Shown: positions 51,473-63,181, counted from the first letter of the stretch. The stretch is 64,000 nucleotides of DNA from Snowella sp. (GCA_035285545.1 JAYKGY010000104.1:96001-160000), one strand, 5' to 3'. Numbers and translations are program-made. Notes: a model not told the origin generated them from the letters alone.

Positions 51473-54079
51473 GTGACTGTCCCTATTGCAAGTTTAATAG
51501 ACTCTAAAATTCATAAACCTGCCCGTTATTTGGGGAATGAACTGGGTTCTGTCCATAAAGATTGGTATAGCGCGACGGTGCGTTGGGTTTTGACCTATCC
51601 TGAAGTCTATGAATTAGGGGCTTCTAATCTAGGGCACATTATCCTCTATAACATTCTTAACACTCAACCCCGTCAACTCTGCGATCGCACCTATTTACCC
51701 GCCCCTGATCTCGCCGCGAAGTTACGGGAAACGGGAACGCCCTTATTTGCCTTAGAATCCCAGCGATCGCTGACGGAATTTGACATCTTAGGCTTTAGTT
51801 TGAGCTATGAACTTGGAGCGACCAATATATTAGAAATGCTGGATTTAGCCCAGATTCCTTTGACCTGGCAAGAGCGGGAAAATGGTGATTATCCCCTCAT
51901 TTTTGCGGGTGGACAAACAGCGACTTCTAACCCCGAACCCTACGCTGATTTTTTTGATTTTATTGCCCTCGGTGATGGGGAAGAATTATTACCAGAGATC
52001 GGTTTAGTTTTAGAACAGGGTAAACAACAGGGTTTGAGCAAAGCAGCTTTATTACTGGATTTAGCCCAAGTGCCAGGGGTTTACGTTCCCCGTTTTTATG
52101 ATGTCGCCCCTGATGGCTCTGTTCATCCCAATTGCCCTGATGTTCCCCTACGTATTCTCCGCCGTGTCGCTACGCCTATTCCTGCCTATTCCATTGGTTT
52201 AGTGCCCTTTGTTGAAACTGTCCACGATCGCCTGACCATCGAAATTCGTCGTGGCTGTACGAGAGGGTGTCGTTTTTGCCAACCAGGGATGTTAACCCGT
52301 CCCGCCCGTGATGTGGAACCCGAAGCCGTGATTGACGCGATCGCTGAAGGCATCCGTTCAACAGGATATAACGAGTTTTCTTTACTGTCTCTTAGTTGCT
52401 CTGATTATCTGGCCCTGCCTTCGGTGGGATTAGAAATTAAAAATCGGCTACAAAACGAAAACATTTCCCTTTCTTTGCCCAGCCAACGGGTAGATCGTTT
52501 TGATGAAAATATTGCCAACATTATCGGCGGAACCCGTCAAGCCAGCCTCACCTTTGCACCGGAAGCGGGGACTCAACGGATGCGGGATGTGATCAATAAA
52601 GGCTTAACTAACGAGGAATTATTGCGCGGCATTAAAACGGCGGTAGAACAGGGTTGGGATAAGGTCAAACTCTATTTCATGATTGGTCTGCCTGGGGAAA
52701 CGGATGTGGATGTGCTGGGCATTGTGGAAACCGTGCGATGGCTCCGTCGAGAATGTCGGATGCCTAAACGTAAACCCTTAGAATTCAACCTCACCATTTC
52801 TAATTTCACGCCCAAGCCCCATACGCCTTTCCAGTGGCATTCGGTTTCAACGACAGAATTTAGGGCGAAACAGGAATTGTTAAAAGCGGAATTTAGGGGA
52901 ATGCGTGGGGTTAAGGTGAACTTTACCGATGTTCGCATCTCGGCGATGGAAGATTTCGTGGGTCGCGGCGATCGCCGATTAGTCCCCGTTGTCCGTCGAG
53001 CCTGGGAATTAGGGGCGGGCATGGATGCCTGGTGGGAAAGTTTAGACAAAGCCTATGGAGCTTGGGGGCAAGCCATTGAAGAAAATGGGCTGGGCTGGAA
53101 ATACCGTCAAGTGGAAACGGGGGAGTGGAATATTTTCGATGCTGATCAACCCCAATCGCCGGCTCAAAACTATGATGCCCCCTTACCTTGGGATCATTTG
53201 GATACGGGAATTGATAAACAATGGCTCAAAGAGGATTTGATCAAAGCCTTAGAAGCGGCAACTGTTCCCGATTGTTCCTTTGAAGGCTGTTCCCATTGTG
53301 GAGTCTGCGGTCTTGATTTTGGCCATAATATTGTCGTGCCTCCCTTACCCATTCCTGAATTTAAAGGGCAATTCCAACCGAATCAAAATCGCGTCCAACG
53401 TTTCCGTGTCACCTTTGGCAAACAGGGATCAATGGCCTTAGTGAGTCATTTAGATTTAGTGCGCCTTTTTGATCGCGTTGTGCGTCGGGCTGCCCTACCG
53501 ATTGCTTTTACTGGCGGTTTTCACCCTGGCCCCCGTATTTCTATTGCCAATGCCTTACCCTTGGGCGCAACTAGTAGCCATGAATGGGTCGATTTTGAAT
53601 TAACGGAATCGTTGGATTTGTCCGACTTTCAACAACGCTTAAGTGCGGTTTTACCGACGGATATTCCTATTTATCAAGTTGAAGAATTGGATCTCAAAAC
53701 CCCGTCAACGACTCGTTTATTGGATCGAGCAGAATATTTAATTACAATTTCTTCTACTGAAATTTTCTCAATTGCTCAGTGGCAAGAATGGGTTAACACC
53801 ATTAATCAATCAACGGAAATCTTATTTGAAAAAACGACGAAATCGGGTAAAAAAGTAACCCTGAATTTACGAGCGCAATTATTCGCTTTAGGGTTGATTT
53901 CTGTTGATAATCTAGAAACAGATTGGGTAAAGTTTCGTTATCAAGGAAGTTGCCGAAATGATGGGACTTTACTACAGCCTGATCACTTACTCTATATGTT
54001 AGAAAAAGTCGCTGATAAATCTTTCCAATTAGCCCATATTCATCGAGAAAAAATGTTTCTGGCTGATACCCCTCATTAG
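51473..54079 (+). CDS. TIGR03960-family radical SAM protein fused to DUF2344 (TIGR03936)
   Basis: KPARYLGNE, RGCTRGCRFC; C-terminal SHLDL.R...GFHP. Confidence 0.9.
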   Translation: MTVPIASLIDSKIHKPARYLGNELGSVHKDWYSATVRWVLTYPEVYELGASNLGHIILYNILNTQPRQLCDRTYLPAPDLAAKLRETGTPLFALESQRSLTEFDILGFSLSYELGATNILEMLDLAQIPLTWQERENGDYPLIFAGGQTATSNPEPYADFFDFIALGDGEELLPEIGLVLEQGKQQGLSKAALLLDLAQVPGVYVPRFYDVAPDGSVHPNCPDVPLRILRRVATPIPAYSIGLVPFVETVHDRLTIEIRRGCTRGCRFCQPGMLTRPARDVEPEAVIDAIAEGIRSTGYNEFSLLSLSCSDYLALPSVGLEIKNRLQNENISLSLPSQRVDRFDENIANIIGGTRQASLTFAPEAGTQRMRDVINKGLTNEELLRGIKTAVEQGWDKVKLYFMIGLPGETDVDVLGIVETVRWLRRECRMPKRKPLEFNLTISNFTPKPHTPFQWHSVSTTEFRAKQELLKAEFRGMRGVKVNFTDVRISAMEDFVGRGDRRLVPVVRRAWELGAGMDAWWESLDKAYGAWGQAIEENGLGWKYRQVETGEWNIFDADQPQSPAQNYDAPLPWDHLDTGIDKQWLKEDLIKALEAATVPDCSFEGCSHCGVCGLDFGHNIVVPPLPIPEFKGQFQPNQNRVQRFRVTFGKQGSMALVSHLDLVRLFDRVVRRAALPIAFTGGFHPGPRISIANALPLGATSSHEWVDFELTESLDLSDFQQRLSAVLPTDIPIYQVEELDLKTPSTTRLLDRAEYLITISSTEIFSIAQWQEWVNTINQSTEILFEKTTKSGKKVTLNLRAQLFALGLISVDNLETDWVKFRYQGSCRNDGTLLQPDHLLYMLEKVADKSFQLAHIHREKMFLADTPH

Positions 54080-54204
54080 GGATTAATCAATAAAACTGAT
54101 TTTTGTAGGTATTTAACCATCTTAAAGCCTTTTTATGGTTAATTTGTTTGCTCTACTTAACATTTTTGCCAGCTTATTGGCTATTAACGGATTCCATCGG
54201 CTGG

Positions 54205-54885
54205 CTACCAATTTTTAGGCTGAAAATCCTGAGCATTTAAAATTGAAACCGCTTCCCCTGCTTGGGCTAACACAAATAAACCTTGACGATAGGCATAGCG
54301 ATCGGCTCCTTCTTCAATTTCAATACCTGCAACGGCTCCGTAGAGTTGTTTTTGAGCATATTCAGGAAACATTTGCCGAAATTGTTGAAGGTCATCCATC
54401 AAATCCTTGACATCATTGACCCCTAAACTACTTTTAACTTCTACTACCAACACATGATTTTCATTCGTGACTAGAACATCAATTTCTAAGGTTTGTCCAT
54501 TTAAGCGTTTTTTGACTCGTTGACTGACTTGATGAACGGGGATTCCTCGTTTTAAAAAGATGGTTTCACAGGCAGGCGCGACCATATTTTCGACAAATCT
54601 TCCCCATTTGCCCCCTAAATCACCAATTTGTTTGTTAACTTCTCTAATTTTGCGATCGGTTTCTTTGAAATGTTGATCAGTTGCTTGAGATTGTTCCCTT
54701 AGTAAGCGTTCTGTCTCTTGGGATTGTTCCCTTAGTAAGCGTTCTGTTTCTTGCGACTGTTCCCTTAGTAAGCGTTCTGTTTCTTGAAAGCGGCGTTCTG
54801 CTTCCTGAAAACGGTGTTCTGTTTCTTTTTGAGCGGTGGCTAATTCGGCGAGTAATTGCCACACATCATCGGCGGTCGTTGTCAT
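54205..54885 (-). CDS. Coiled-coil repeat protein with PD-(D/E)xK-like domain (DUF3782-like)
   Basis: QETERLLREQS repeats; EIDVL...VEVKS. Confidence 0.75.
   Translation of the reverse strand: MTTTADDVWQLLAELATAQKETEHRFQEAERRFQETERLLREQSQETERLLREQSQETERLLREQSQATDQHFKETDRKIREVNKQIGDLGGKWGRFVENMVAPACETIFLKRGIPVHQVSQRVKKRLNGQTLEIDVLVTNENHVLVVEVKSSLGVNDVKDLMDDLQQFRQMFPEYAQKQLYGAVAGIEIEEGADRYAYRQGLFVLAQAGEAVSILNAQDFQPKNW
54685..54783. repeat. Three 33-bp coding tandem repeats
   Basis: Units start at 54685, 54718 and 54751 (core TGTTCCCTTAGTAAGCGTTCTGT). Confidence 0.9.
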
Positions 54886-55096
54886 GGTCTAGCTTTTTTT
54901 ATGCTTCGCAATGCTTGGGTTTCTCTATTCATGATTTTATCTTTTTTAATTACAATCGCCGATTAGTTGGTAATTATCCATTTTTCTTTCAATTAAATCG
55001 ACTTACTTAATATTCATTTACAAAATATTTCTAGGCGTTCTCTTCAGTGGGAAAATAGCGAAAAGCCTTTTAAAAAAAATTGTTATCAGAATCAAA

Positions 55097-55762
55097 ATGA
55101 CTATTACCCCTGAATCTGTTCAAGAATTACTTTCTTCGGAATCCTTTAGCGATCGCGTGCGGGGATTAAATCACCTCAAATTCATTGATCCTAAACTCGC
55201 CTTTGAAATGGTCAAACCGTTAGTCAATGATCGTAATGCGCGGATTCGCTATGCCGCTGTGAGTCAGCTTGATCCCTTAGGGCTAGAAAATCCCGATGAA
55301 GCCTTGGGGTTACTCCGCGATCGCCTGTTTAATGATCCAGAAATTGATGTCAAATCCATTGCGGCTGATGTGATTGGCGGACTGAAACTAACCGCCGCCT
55401 ATGCAGACTTGCGCCAGGTTTACGAAACCACTGACGAATGGCTCCTACAAATGAGCATTATCGCCACCATCGGGGAAATGGGCGATCCCCAAGCCTTGGA
55501 ATTATTAAAAATTGCACTGGATTCGGAAAATAGTTTAATTCGGATGGCGGCCATTAGTGCTCTGGGAGATTTACAAGAGCCGCAAGCTATCCCTCTCCTG
55601 TTGCCCTTGGTCAATGATGAAGATTGGCAAGTACGGTTTCGCTTAGCGATCGCGTTAGGTCAATTTCAGCAAGCCGAGGTTCAAGCTGCCTTAGAACAAC
55701 TGGCCCAGGATGAATTTGAACAGGTGGCAACCATTGCTCAGGATCTTTTAAAAATGGATTAA
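55097..55762 (+). CDS. nblB: HEAT-repeat phycobilisome degradation protein NblB
   Basis: MTITPESVQELLSS N-terminus; PBS-lyase HEAT repeats. Confidence 0.8.
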   Translation: MTITPESVQELLSSESFSDRVRGLNHLKFIDPKLAFEMVKPLVNDRNARIRYAAVSQLDPLGLENPDEALGLLRDRLFNDPEIDVKSIAADVIGGLKLTAAYADLRQVYETTDEWLLQMSIIATIGEMGDPQALELLKIALDSENSLIRMAAISALGDLQEPQAIPLLLPLVNDEDWQVRFRLAIALGQFQQAEVQAALEQLAQDEFEQVATIAQDLLKMD

Positions 55763-55787
55763 CCCTCAAGTTAGCTTTTACTCTGGT

Positions 55788-58622
55788 TTAAGGTTTATTT
55801 TTAAACCATTGATAGAGCCGATAGACCACTTTTTCCAACTCCACCCAAACAAAAATCAAAGTGCTAAATCCTAGACAAATCATTAATTCTTCTAAGGGCA
55901 AATAATGGGTTCCAAAGAAATTGCGTAGCGGTTCCACATAAATTAATAACAGTTGTAAAAACGAGGTGACAGCGACAGAAATGAGGAGAAAAGGATTAGA
56001 AAGAGGGTTGAGTTCAATACTTAATCGGGTAATGGATCGCACCGCTAAGGCATGACCCATTTGCGCCAAACAAAGCGTTGTAAACACCATCGTTTTCCAG
56101 CGATCGCTGTCTAGGAGTCCATTGTCTGTGTGATCATGGGTATAGTTGTAGGCCCAAACCATCATGGCAATGGTGACGGTTGCCAAAATTAACCCAATAC
56201 GAATCATATAGGAGCCTAAACCCCTCGCAAAAATACTTTCCTTGGGATCTTTAGGTGATTCTTGCATAATCGTTGGTTTACCTGGTTCGACGGCTAATGC
56301 TAAGGCCGGAACGCCATCAGTAACGAGATTCATCCATAAAATTTGCAATGGCGTGAGAGGGACACCCCCTAACCCTAAAAGAGGAGCGGCAGCAATGGTT
56401 AATACCTCTCCGATATTACTGCCGAGAATATAGCGAATAAAACGACGAATATTGGTATAAACAACGCGACCTTCTTCAATCGCAGCAATAATGGTTGTAA
56501 AGTTGTCATCTAATAACACCATATCGCTGGCTTCTTTACTGACATCCGTTCCCGTAATGCCCATTGCCACCCCAATATCGGCTTGTTTGAGGGCGGGCGC
56601 ATCATTCACCCCATCCCCCGTCATGGCGACCACTTGATTTTGCCGTCGTAGGGCTTGCACAATGCGGAGTTTGTGTTGAGACGATACCCGCGCATAAACG
56701 CTCACCAGGTTAACGATGTCATCAAGAGCAACATTATCGAAGGTTTCTAGCTGTTGTCCGGTTATCACCCGCTTATTCTCTTGCATAATGCCTAAATCTT
56801 CAGCGATCGCTTTAGCAGTGAGGGGATGATCTCCGGTAATCATCACGGGTCGAATCCCTGCCCGATGGCATTGAGTAACCGCTTCTCGAACTTCAGGACG
56901 GGGGGCATCCAACATTCCCACCAATCCCAACCAGGTGAGTTCCTGCTCGATTTCTTGATCACTGGTACGACTAGAGACATTAAAGACGGGTTTCCAAGCA
57001 AAACCCAAGACCCGTAAACCCCGACGGGCTAATTGATTATTGCGGTCTAGAATCTGTAAGCATTGTTCATCGGTTAATGGTTGGGCGCGATCGCCGACTT
57101 GGATCTGGGTGCAACGCTCTAGGGTCAACTCTGGGGAACCTTTGACTAAAACCAGTTCCTGATTTGCCGCTGAGGTAAGGGTCGCCGTTGTGTCTCGAAT
57201 AATCACACTCATCCGCTTACGTTCGGACGAAAAGGGAAATTCGGCAACACGGGGAAATTTTTTCTCTTGTTCGGGTTTAAAAAAGCCCGCTTTGCCTGCT
57301 AACACAAGTAAGGCTCCTTCGGTCGGATCGCCCATAATTACCCATTCCCCTTGTTCCTGATGGAGAACCGCATCATTGCAAATCAAACAGGCTAACATCA
57401 AGAGGCGAAATTCGAGATCTAAGCGGGGATCAACAATAGTTGAATCTGTCTGTTGAAATTCTCCTTCAGGGCAATAGCCTTCTCCCGTCACTCGTAAATT
57501 CCAGCTAGGGGTATTAACGGCTTGCACTGCCATCTTATTCTGGGTCAGGGTTCCTGTTTTATCGGAACAAATGGTGGTAACCGATCCCAGGGTTTCGACC
57601 GCATTTAATTTACGGATCAGGGCATGGCGTTTTACCATTCGCTGCGTTCCTAACGCCAACGTAACGGTAATCACTGCGGGTAATCCTTCCGGGACAACCG
57701 CCACCGCCATACTCAATGACACTTCTACTAAGTCCTGAAATAGTTGGGGACGCAACAGGGTTCCTACACCAATGACTAAGGCCACCAGAATCAAAGAACC
57801 TGTCACTAAAACATTACCCAATTGGGTCATGCGTTTTTGTAGCGGGGTGGGTTCGGCTTCAACGCCTTGAATGGCTGCCGCAATTTTGCCCAATTCTGTC
57901 CGCATTCCCGTTGCGGTGACTAAAATGGTGCCTCGTCCCTGCACTACTTCGGTTCCCGAAAAAACCATATTCAGGCGATCGCCGAGGGGAAGATCTTCCG
58001 GTAGGCTTTCTAGACATTGCTTTCTGACCGCTTCAGCTTCTCCGGTTAGGGCCGATTCTCTAACTTGCAAATGGTTGGCTTCCAAAATGCGACCATCGGC
58101 AGGGACTTTCACACCGGATTCCAATAACATCAAATCGCCTGGAACCAAGGTTTTAGAATCAATTTCTTGAGTTTTTCCCCCGCGAATCACTCGGACTTGG
58201 GAAGAGGACAAATTTTTGAGGGCGGCGAGGGCTTTCTCGGCTCGACTTTCCTGAAGATAACCCAAAACTCCATTGAGCAAAACCACGATAAAAATGGCAA
58301 CCGCATCTTTAGGAAAAATGAAGTTTCCCGATGCCATCGATTCTCGGATATCCAACACCCCTGAAATGATCGCCACAGCAATCAGCATCAGTAACATGAT
58401 GTTTTTGAACTGATCGATTAGAATTTCTAACGGTTGGCGCATTCCCGTTTCAATTAATTCATTATTGCCGTAGTATCGTTCCTTCTCTTCTACTTCCGTC
58501 GCACTGAGTCCCGTTTCGCGATCGCTATTGAGTAAGGTTAACGCTTCATCAACGGCGATCGTTTGCCAGGCAATGGTTGGTGTTGGGGTGACAGCCGGAT
58601 CGGACAGAAAAGGGTCAGACAT
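55788..58622 (-). CDS. P-type cation (Ca2+)-transporting ATPase, PacL-like
   Basis: PEGLP, DKTGTLT, TGDGVND. Confidence 0.95.
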   Translation of the reverse strand: MSDPFLSDPAVTPTPTIAWQTIAVDEALTLLNSDRETGLSATEVEEKERYYGNNELIETGMRQPLEILIDQFKNIMLLMLIAVAIISGVLDIRESMASGNFIFPKDAVAIFIVVLLNGVLGYLQESRAEKALAALKNLSSSQVRVIRGGKTQEIDSKTLVPGDLMLLESGVKVPADGRILEANHLQVRESALTGEAEAVRKQCLESLPEDLPLGDRLNMVFSGTEVVQGRGTILVTATGMRTELGKIAAAIQGVEAEPTPLQKRMTQLGNVLVTGSLILVALVIGVGTLLRPQLFQDLVEVSLSMAVAVVPEGLPAVITVTLALGTQRMVKRHALIRKLNAVETLGSVTTICSDKTGTLTQNKMAVQAVNTPSWNLRVTGEGYCPEGEFQQTDSTIVDPRLDLEFRLLMLACLICNDAVLHQEQGEWVIMGDPTEGALLVLAGKAGFFKPEQEKKFPRVAEFPFSSERKRMSVIIRDTTATLTSAANQELVLVKGSPELTLERCTQIQVGDRAQPLTDEQCLQILDRNNQLARRGLRVLGFAWKPVFNVSSRTSDQEIEQELTWLGLVGMLDAPRPEVREAVTQCHRAGIRPVMITGDHPLTAKAIAEDLGIMQENKRVITGQQLETFDNVALDDIVNLVSVYARVSSQHKLRIVQALRRQNQVVAMTGDGVNDAPALKQADIGVAMGITGTDVSKEASDMVLLDDNFTTIIAAIEEGRVVYTNIRRFIRYILGSNIGEVLTIAAAPLLGLGGVPLTPLQILWMNLVTDGVPALALAVEPGKPTIMQESPKDPKESIFARGLGSYMIRIGLILATVTIAMMVWAYNYTHDHTDNGLLDSDRWKTMVFTTLCLAQMGHALAVRSITRLSIELNPLSNPFLLISVAVTSFLQLLLIYVEPLRNFFGTHYLPLEELMICLGFSTLIFVWVELEKVVYRLYQWFKNKP

Positions 58623-59092
58623 GATAACAACTCCCGAAAAAGGTGTTTTGGTTTTATGGAAATATTTAATTTAAAGGGGTTATTTTTTCCGCGTAAATTT
58701 CTAATACGCTAATACGTAGGGATAACGATTGGCTCCCTGTTTTAGGGGGTGAGTTCTATTATCTTGCTCATTAAAACTAGCCCAAATCACCTTAAATTAT
58801 TGATTTAATCAGGACTTTCTTATTTCTATAATATTCTTTATTTTAAGGGCTGGTTGTTGATAGGATAGAAAAAATCCAGATTCTATCTCTAGTCGCAAAA
58901 TTAAGAATAGGCCTAATCCTTTGTCTTCAGAAGGGTCTTATTAGGGAAAATTGAAGGAATAGCTAGGATTAAACGATTACAACTTAATATTCTAATCTTA
59001 CAATTTAATTCCTTGGGATTGGCCCCCTCGCGATCGCGGTGATAGTCTGTCTTGAGGCGTAAAAATTTATAGACCAATGATTGATGATAGTT

Positions 59093-59269
59093 ATGACATC
59101 CAGAAAATGGTGGGCTATTTTTATTACCTTAACCACAATTGAAGGGATTTTGCTGATCAAGCTTTTATTCGCCCAATCTTTAACGGAACTGTTGATCGCG
59201 ATCGCTGTGATTGCGACATTGTTAGTCGTAACAACTCAGATCACAATCGACAAAAAAAATGTGGACTAA
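59093..59269 (+). CDS. Putative small two-TM membrane protein
   Basis: Short hydrophobic ORF in an otherwise empty intergenic gap. Confidence 0.4.
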   Translation: MTSRKWWAIFITLTTIEGILLIKLLFAQSLTELLIAIAVIATLLVVTTQITIDKKNVD

Positions 59270-59347
59270 AAAATTCATTAGCCCATCATCATTGTGATAA
59301 TTCAATTGGTTTAAATTTTTAGAAAGCTGACAATTTAGAATTTGGGC

Positions 59348-59761
59348 TTATAGCTTTAAAATGCGGTGGATAGAATCCCGAATTTCTTGGCTTCTTTTTG
59401 CTTTTAAATCAGAAGAAACCGATCCTGATGGCTTAAAGATCACTTCATCAACCCCTAATGCTTTGGCTTGAGTAACTTTAGGAGAACCGGGTTCTTCTGC
59501 GGTAACCACCACCACTTTCGCATTACTTTTAAAACGCACTTGCTTCATAAACTCAACACCATCCATTTTCGGCATTGATAAATCTAAGATAATTAAATCG
59601 GGTTTAACAGTACTTACTTTTGCTAAAGCTTCGATTCCATCCGACGCATATTCTGCCACTTGTAATAGGGGATCTTCAGTGACAATATTACCGATTACCA
59701 AACTCATAATCGGAGAATCATCTACCACTAAAATCTTTTTCTTTGCAGTGATGGTAGCCAT
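59348..59761 (-). CDS. Single-domain response regulator (CheB-like receiver)
   Basis: LVVDDS, ILDLSMPKMDG, FKP; AGG RBS. Confidence 0.88.
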   Translation of the reverse strand: MATITAKKKILVVDDSPIMSLVIGNIVTEDPLLQVAEYASDGIEALAKVSTVKPDLIILDLSMPKMDGVEFMKQVRFKSNAKVVVVTAEEPGSPKVTQAKALGVDEVIFKPSGSVSSDLKAKRSQEIRDSIHRILKL

Positions 59762-60014
59762 AATGAGGAGACCTTAAGAAATGATATTTTATATTTTAAT
59801 GGCTATAAATTTATTCATCGGTTAAAAATAGTTAAGGCATTGTCGTTATAATTACTGAATTTTGATCAAAAAAATTATTATTTTCTCGCCCTTGAAAAAT
59901 TAAAAAAATGTTAAATTTAAATTACCGAAGTACAGACGCAGAATTTCGATATTTATCTTCTGGGGAAAGCGAACTTGTACAATAAATTAGCTTGTGTTAT
60001 TCAAATTCAAAATT

Positions 60015-60584
60015 ATGCTTGATGCATTGCAAGGATTAAATATTTATCTCATCGGCATGATGGGGACAGGAAAAACCACCATTGGCAAGATATTAGCCCA
60101 AAAATTAAGCTATCGTTTCTTTGATACCGATGTTTTGGTAGAACGAGTTGTCGAAAAAAGTATTAATGATCTGTTTGCCGAAGAAGGGGAAGCCTACTTT
60201 CGGGATTTGGAAAGTCAGGTTTTAAATCACTTATCCGCCTATGGTCGCAGTGTGATTGCAACGGGGGGGGGAATTGTCCTGCGGCCGTTGAATTGGAGCT
60301 ACTTACGGGATGGACTCACGATTTGGTTAGACGCGCCGGTTGATTTGCTGGTGGAACGCTTAGCAGAAGATAATACCCGTCCCTTGTTAAAAACCGATGA
60401 GTTGCCCCACAAGTTAACGACCTTACTGGCCGACCGGAAAAATCTGTATCAAGAAGCCGATCTGCATATTCTCATCGAAGCTAAGGAGTCCCCAGACGCG
60501 ATCGCCGACAAAATCCTTAATGCAATTCCCACTGTCCTCAAAAATCAGCAAGAGGCTTTCCAAAACGGCAACGAGAATAATTAA
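60015..60584 (+). CDS. aroK: Shikimate kinase
   Basis: GMMGTGKTT, ATGGG, RPLL. Confidence 0.95.
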   Translation: MLDALQGLNIYLIGMMGTGKTTIGKILAQKLSYRFFDTDVLVERVVEKSINDLFAEEGEAYFRDLESQVLNHLSAYGRSVIATGGGIVLRPLNWSYLRDGLTIWLDAPVDLLVERLAEDNTRPLLKTDELPHKLTTLLADRKNLYQEADLHILIEAKESPDAIADKILNAIPTVLKNQQEAFQNGNENN

Positions 60585-60628
60585 ACCTGAGTAAAATTGT
60601 GCTTGAAAATTCAAAACATTCTTTTAGC

Positions 60629-61111
60629 ATGGAAATATCATCCCAACAGGATCAGCTTATGAATACTGCTCTCCCCAGTCTAGAATTTGGCAGCCTGAGA
60701 AAAGTTCATCATATTGCATTTAATGTGAAAGATATGAACCGTTCTCGCTATTTTTATGGACAAATTCTAGGGTTAAAAGAATTAACAGGAGATGCCGTTC
60801 CCTCAACTTTGAAAACCCTGGTTGAGCAGGGAAAAGTCGCCAATTTTATCACCCCCGATGGTCTGATTATCGATCTATTCTGGGAGCCTGATTTATTCCC
60901 CCCCGATCCCGATCCAAAACAGGGGTTTACTCGTGCCAATCATCTTGCCTTTGATATTAGCCCGGATGCATTTGAATCGGCGATCGCGGTCTTAAAAGCC
61001 CATCAAGTCCCCATTGATCACGGGCCCGTCACTCGACCAACAGGCAGGGGAATTTACTTTTATGATCCGGATGGCTTCATTATTGAAATTCGCTGCGATC
61101 CCCAAAATTAA
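60629..61111 (+). CDS. VOC/glyoxalase family protein
   Basis: HHIAFNV, NHLAF, YFYDPDG. Confidence 0.88.
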   Translation: MEISSQQDQLMNTALPSLEFGSLRKVHHIAFNVKDMNRSRYFYGQILGLKELTGDAVPSTLKTLVEQGKVANFITPDGLIIDLFWEPDLFPPDPDPKQGFTRANHLAFDISPDAFESAIAVLKAHQVPIDHGPVTRPTGRGIYFYDPDGFIIEIRCDPQN

Positions 61112-61234
61112 ACTAATCGCCTCAACTCACGCTTTAACGGTTAATCTCCAAATTTGTCAATCCTGCCTTTGTCAACAAGTCTAAAAATTTAATTCTCCCA
61201 TAGTCTCCTAACTACTGGGTATTTAAACTGAGCC

Positions 61235-61383
61235 TGTGGAAAACTATTCTGTAATTCATCAACTAAATATCGACAAAAAATGCAGAAAAAAGTTTCCTAT
61301 CCGCCGAATTCTTTCCCTAATCCCCTGCTCACCAATGAGCGTTACCTAACTTTTTTAGGATAAATTTCCACAGGTTTTCCACA
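61235..61383. promoter_or_regulatory. DnaA-box cluster (putative oriC) upstream of dnaN
   Basis: TGTGGAAAA 61235-61243, ATTTCCACA 61364-61372, TTTTCCACA 61375-61383. Confidence 0.6.
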
Positions 61384-61478
61384 AGTCATGGAATCCAAAA
61401 CGCTAGCTTAAATCTCTCAACAAAAAACCCAATCAAGCGTACAATCGATCTGCTCCCTTAGCACCCTGTTAATGAGTC

Positions 61479-62651
61479 ATGAAATTTATTTGTAGTCAAA
61501 GCGATTTCAATAGCAACCTATCCCTCGTCAGTCGCGCCGTTCCCTCCCGTCCAACCCATCCTGTCCTGGGCAATGTACTGTTAGTTGCGGATGAAAAAGG
61601 GCGTGTAAGCTTAACAGGATTTGATCTAAGCTTAGGAATTCATACCAGTTTTGTAGCCGACGTTCCCCAAGGGGGCAAAATTACCCTCCCTGCCAAATTA
61701 TTAGGAGATATTGTTTCCAAACTTCCTGATGGTGAATTAACCCTAACGATTGATGAAGACAGCGAAGCAGGGGATACAGTCTTAGCAACCCTAACCTCAG
61801 CTTCTGGACGTTTCCAAATTCGAGGATTAACCGCAGATGAATATCCCGAATTACCCACGGTTGATGAAACAACACCGCTCATGTTACCCGTTGGAGCCTT
61901 AAATGAAGGATTGCGGGGAACCCTCTTTGCGGCTAGTACCGACGAAACCAAGCAAGTTTTAACCGGAATTCACCTAAAAGGCTCGGCCGATAGCTTAGAA
62001 TTTGCGGCGACCGATGGCCATCGTTTGGCGGTCGTGGAAGCTCCTACCCAAGTCGAAACCGAAGAAGGGGAAGAAGCCGTTCAAGCCAGTAATTTAGAAG
62101 ATTTTTCCGTCACGATTCCTGCTAGAGCCTTACGGGAACTAGAACGGGTGTTATCGGCTCGGCAAGATAGCGATCTAGTTTCCCTGTGTGTGGATGAAAC
62201 CCAAGTGATTTTTGAACTAGGCGATCAACGGTTAACGAGCCGTAAACTCGATGGAGCCTATCCCGCTTATCAACAACTCATTCCCCGCCAGTTTAGTCGT
62301 ACCGCAACAATGGAGCGCAAACACTTACTGGGCAGTTTAGAACGGGTTTCAGTTTTAGCTGACCAAAAGAATAATTTAGTTAAATTTTCTTTAAATTCTG
62401 CTGATAATCAGTTAACCTTATCCGTTGAAGCTCAGGATTTAGGCAATGCGCGTGAATCCTTATCAATTAGTATGAATGGCGACAGCGGTGATATTGCCTT
62501 TAATGTCAAATATTTGATGGATGGCTTACGGGCCTTACCTAGTAGCGATATTCAAATGCAGCTAAATGAAGGCAATCAACCCGTGATTTTTACTCCCTTA
62601 GGGGGGTTAAAAATGACCTATTTAGTCATGCCTGTCCAGATTGTTCGGTAA
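61479..62651 (+). CDS. dnaN: DNA polymerase III beta subunit
   Basis: ATDGHRL, YPAYQQLIP, YLVMPVQI. Confidence 0.98.
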   Translation: MKFICSQSDFNSNLSLVSRAVPSRPTHPVLGNVLLVADEKGRVSLTGFDLSLGIHTSFVADVPQGGKITLPAKLLGDIVSKLPDGELTLTIDEDSEAGDTVLATLTSASGRFQIRGLTADEYPELPTVDETTPLMLPVGALNEGLRGTLFAASTDETKQVLTGIHLKGSADSLEFAATDGHRLAVVEAPTQVETEEGEEAVQASNLEDFSVTIPARALRELERVLSARQDSDLVSLCVDETQVIFELGDQRLTSRKLDGAYPAYQQLIPRQFSRTATMERKHLLGSLERVSVLADQKNNLVKFSLNSADNQLTLSVEAQDLGNARESLSISMNGDSGDIAFNVKYLMDGLRALPSSDIQMQLNEGNQPVIFTPLGGLKMTYLVMPVQIVR

Positions 62652-62912
62652 GACGTTAACGATGTTAGGCGTTGTCTAACACCTCTCCCTGATATTCGGT
62701 TCATTCTTATTTCCTTTCAATCTAGCCGTGAGACTTTTTCTGAGTTACCCATCACGTCAATTTAGAGTGGCTGATGATGACCGAGAGAAGGTGCAAGGAA
62801 TCTCAGATTAGATTAGGATAGAGTTTGGGCGTTTAAGGGTTTCTTGTTTGTAACATTAAACTGAAGCCTGACTGCTAATGCTTTTTATCAACTTGCACCT
62901 GGTCTAAAATCG

Positions 62913-63140
62913 ATGCAAAAACGATCTCCTTTTGATTCTTCCCAAATTATGTACCGTGCCGAAGAACTTCTACGGGCGGCTTCTAACCGATACCTTATTA
63001 CTGTGCAAGTCGCAACCCGTGCAAAGCGTCGTCGTTATGAAGATTTTGACAATATCGATGATCCGATGATGAAACCTGCTATTCGTGCCATTATCGAAAT
63101 GTCGGATGAATTGACTCAGCCTGAGATTATTAGTGATTAA
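62913..63140 (+). CDS. rpoZ: RNA polymerase omega subunit
   Basis: [17 protein letters not shown]...[10 protein letters not shown]. Confidence 0.93.
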   Translation: MQKRSPFDSSQIMYRAEELLRAASNRYLITVQVATRAKRRRYEDFDNIDDPMMKPAIRAIIEMSDELTQPEIISD

Positions 63141-63181
63141 TTTTATCTAGCCGAGAGCGTCTTTGTAGCACTTAAAAACTG

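Noticed and set aside
54685..54830. Regular repeats resembling a CRISPR array
   Set aside because: No unique spacers; they are in-frame coding repeats; no cas genes in the window
54985..55035. Possible degenerate duplicate of the radical SAM gene 3' end
   Set aside because: Similarity is patchy, needs gaps and lies in AT-rich sequence
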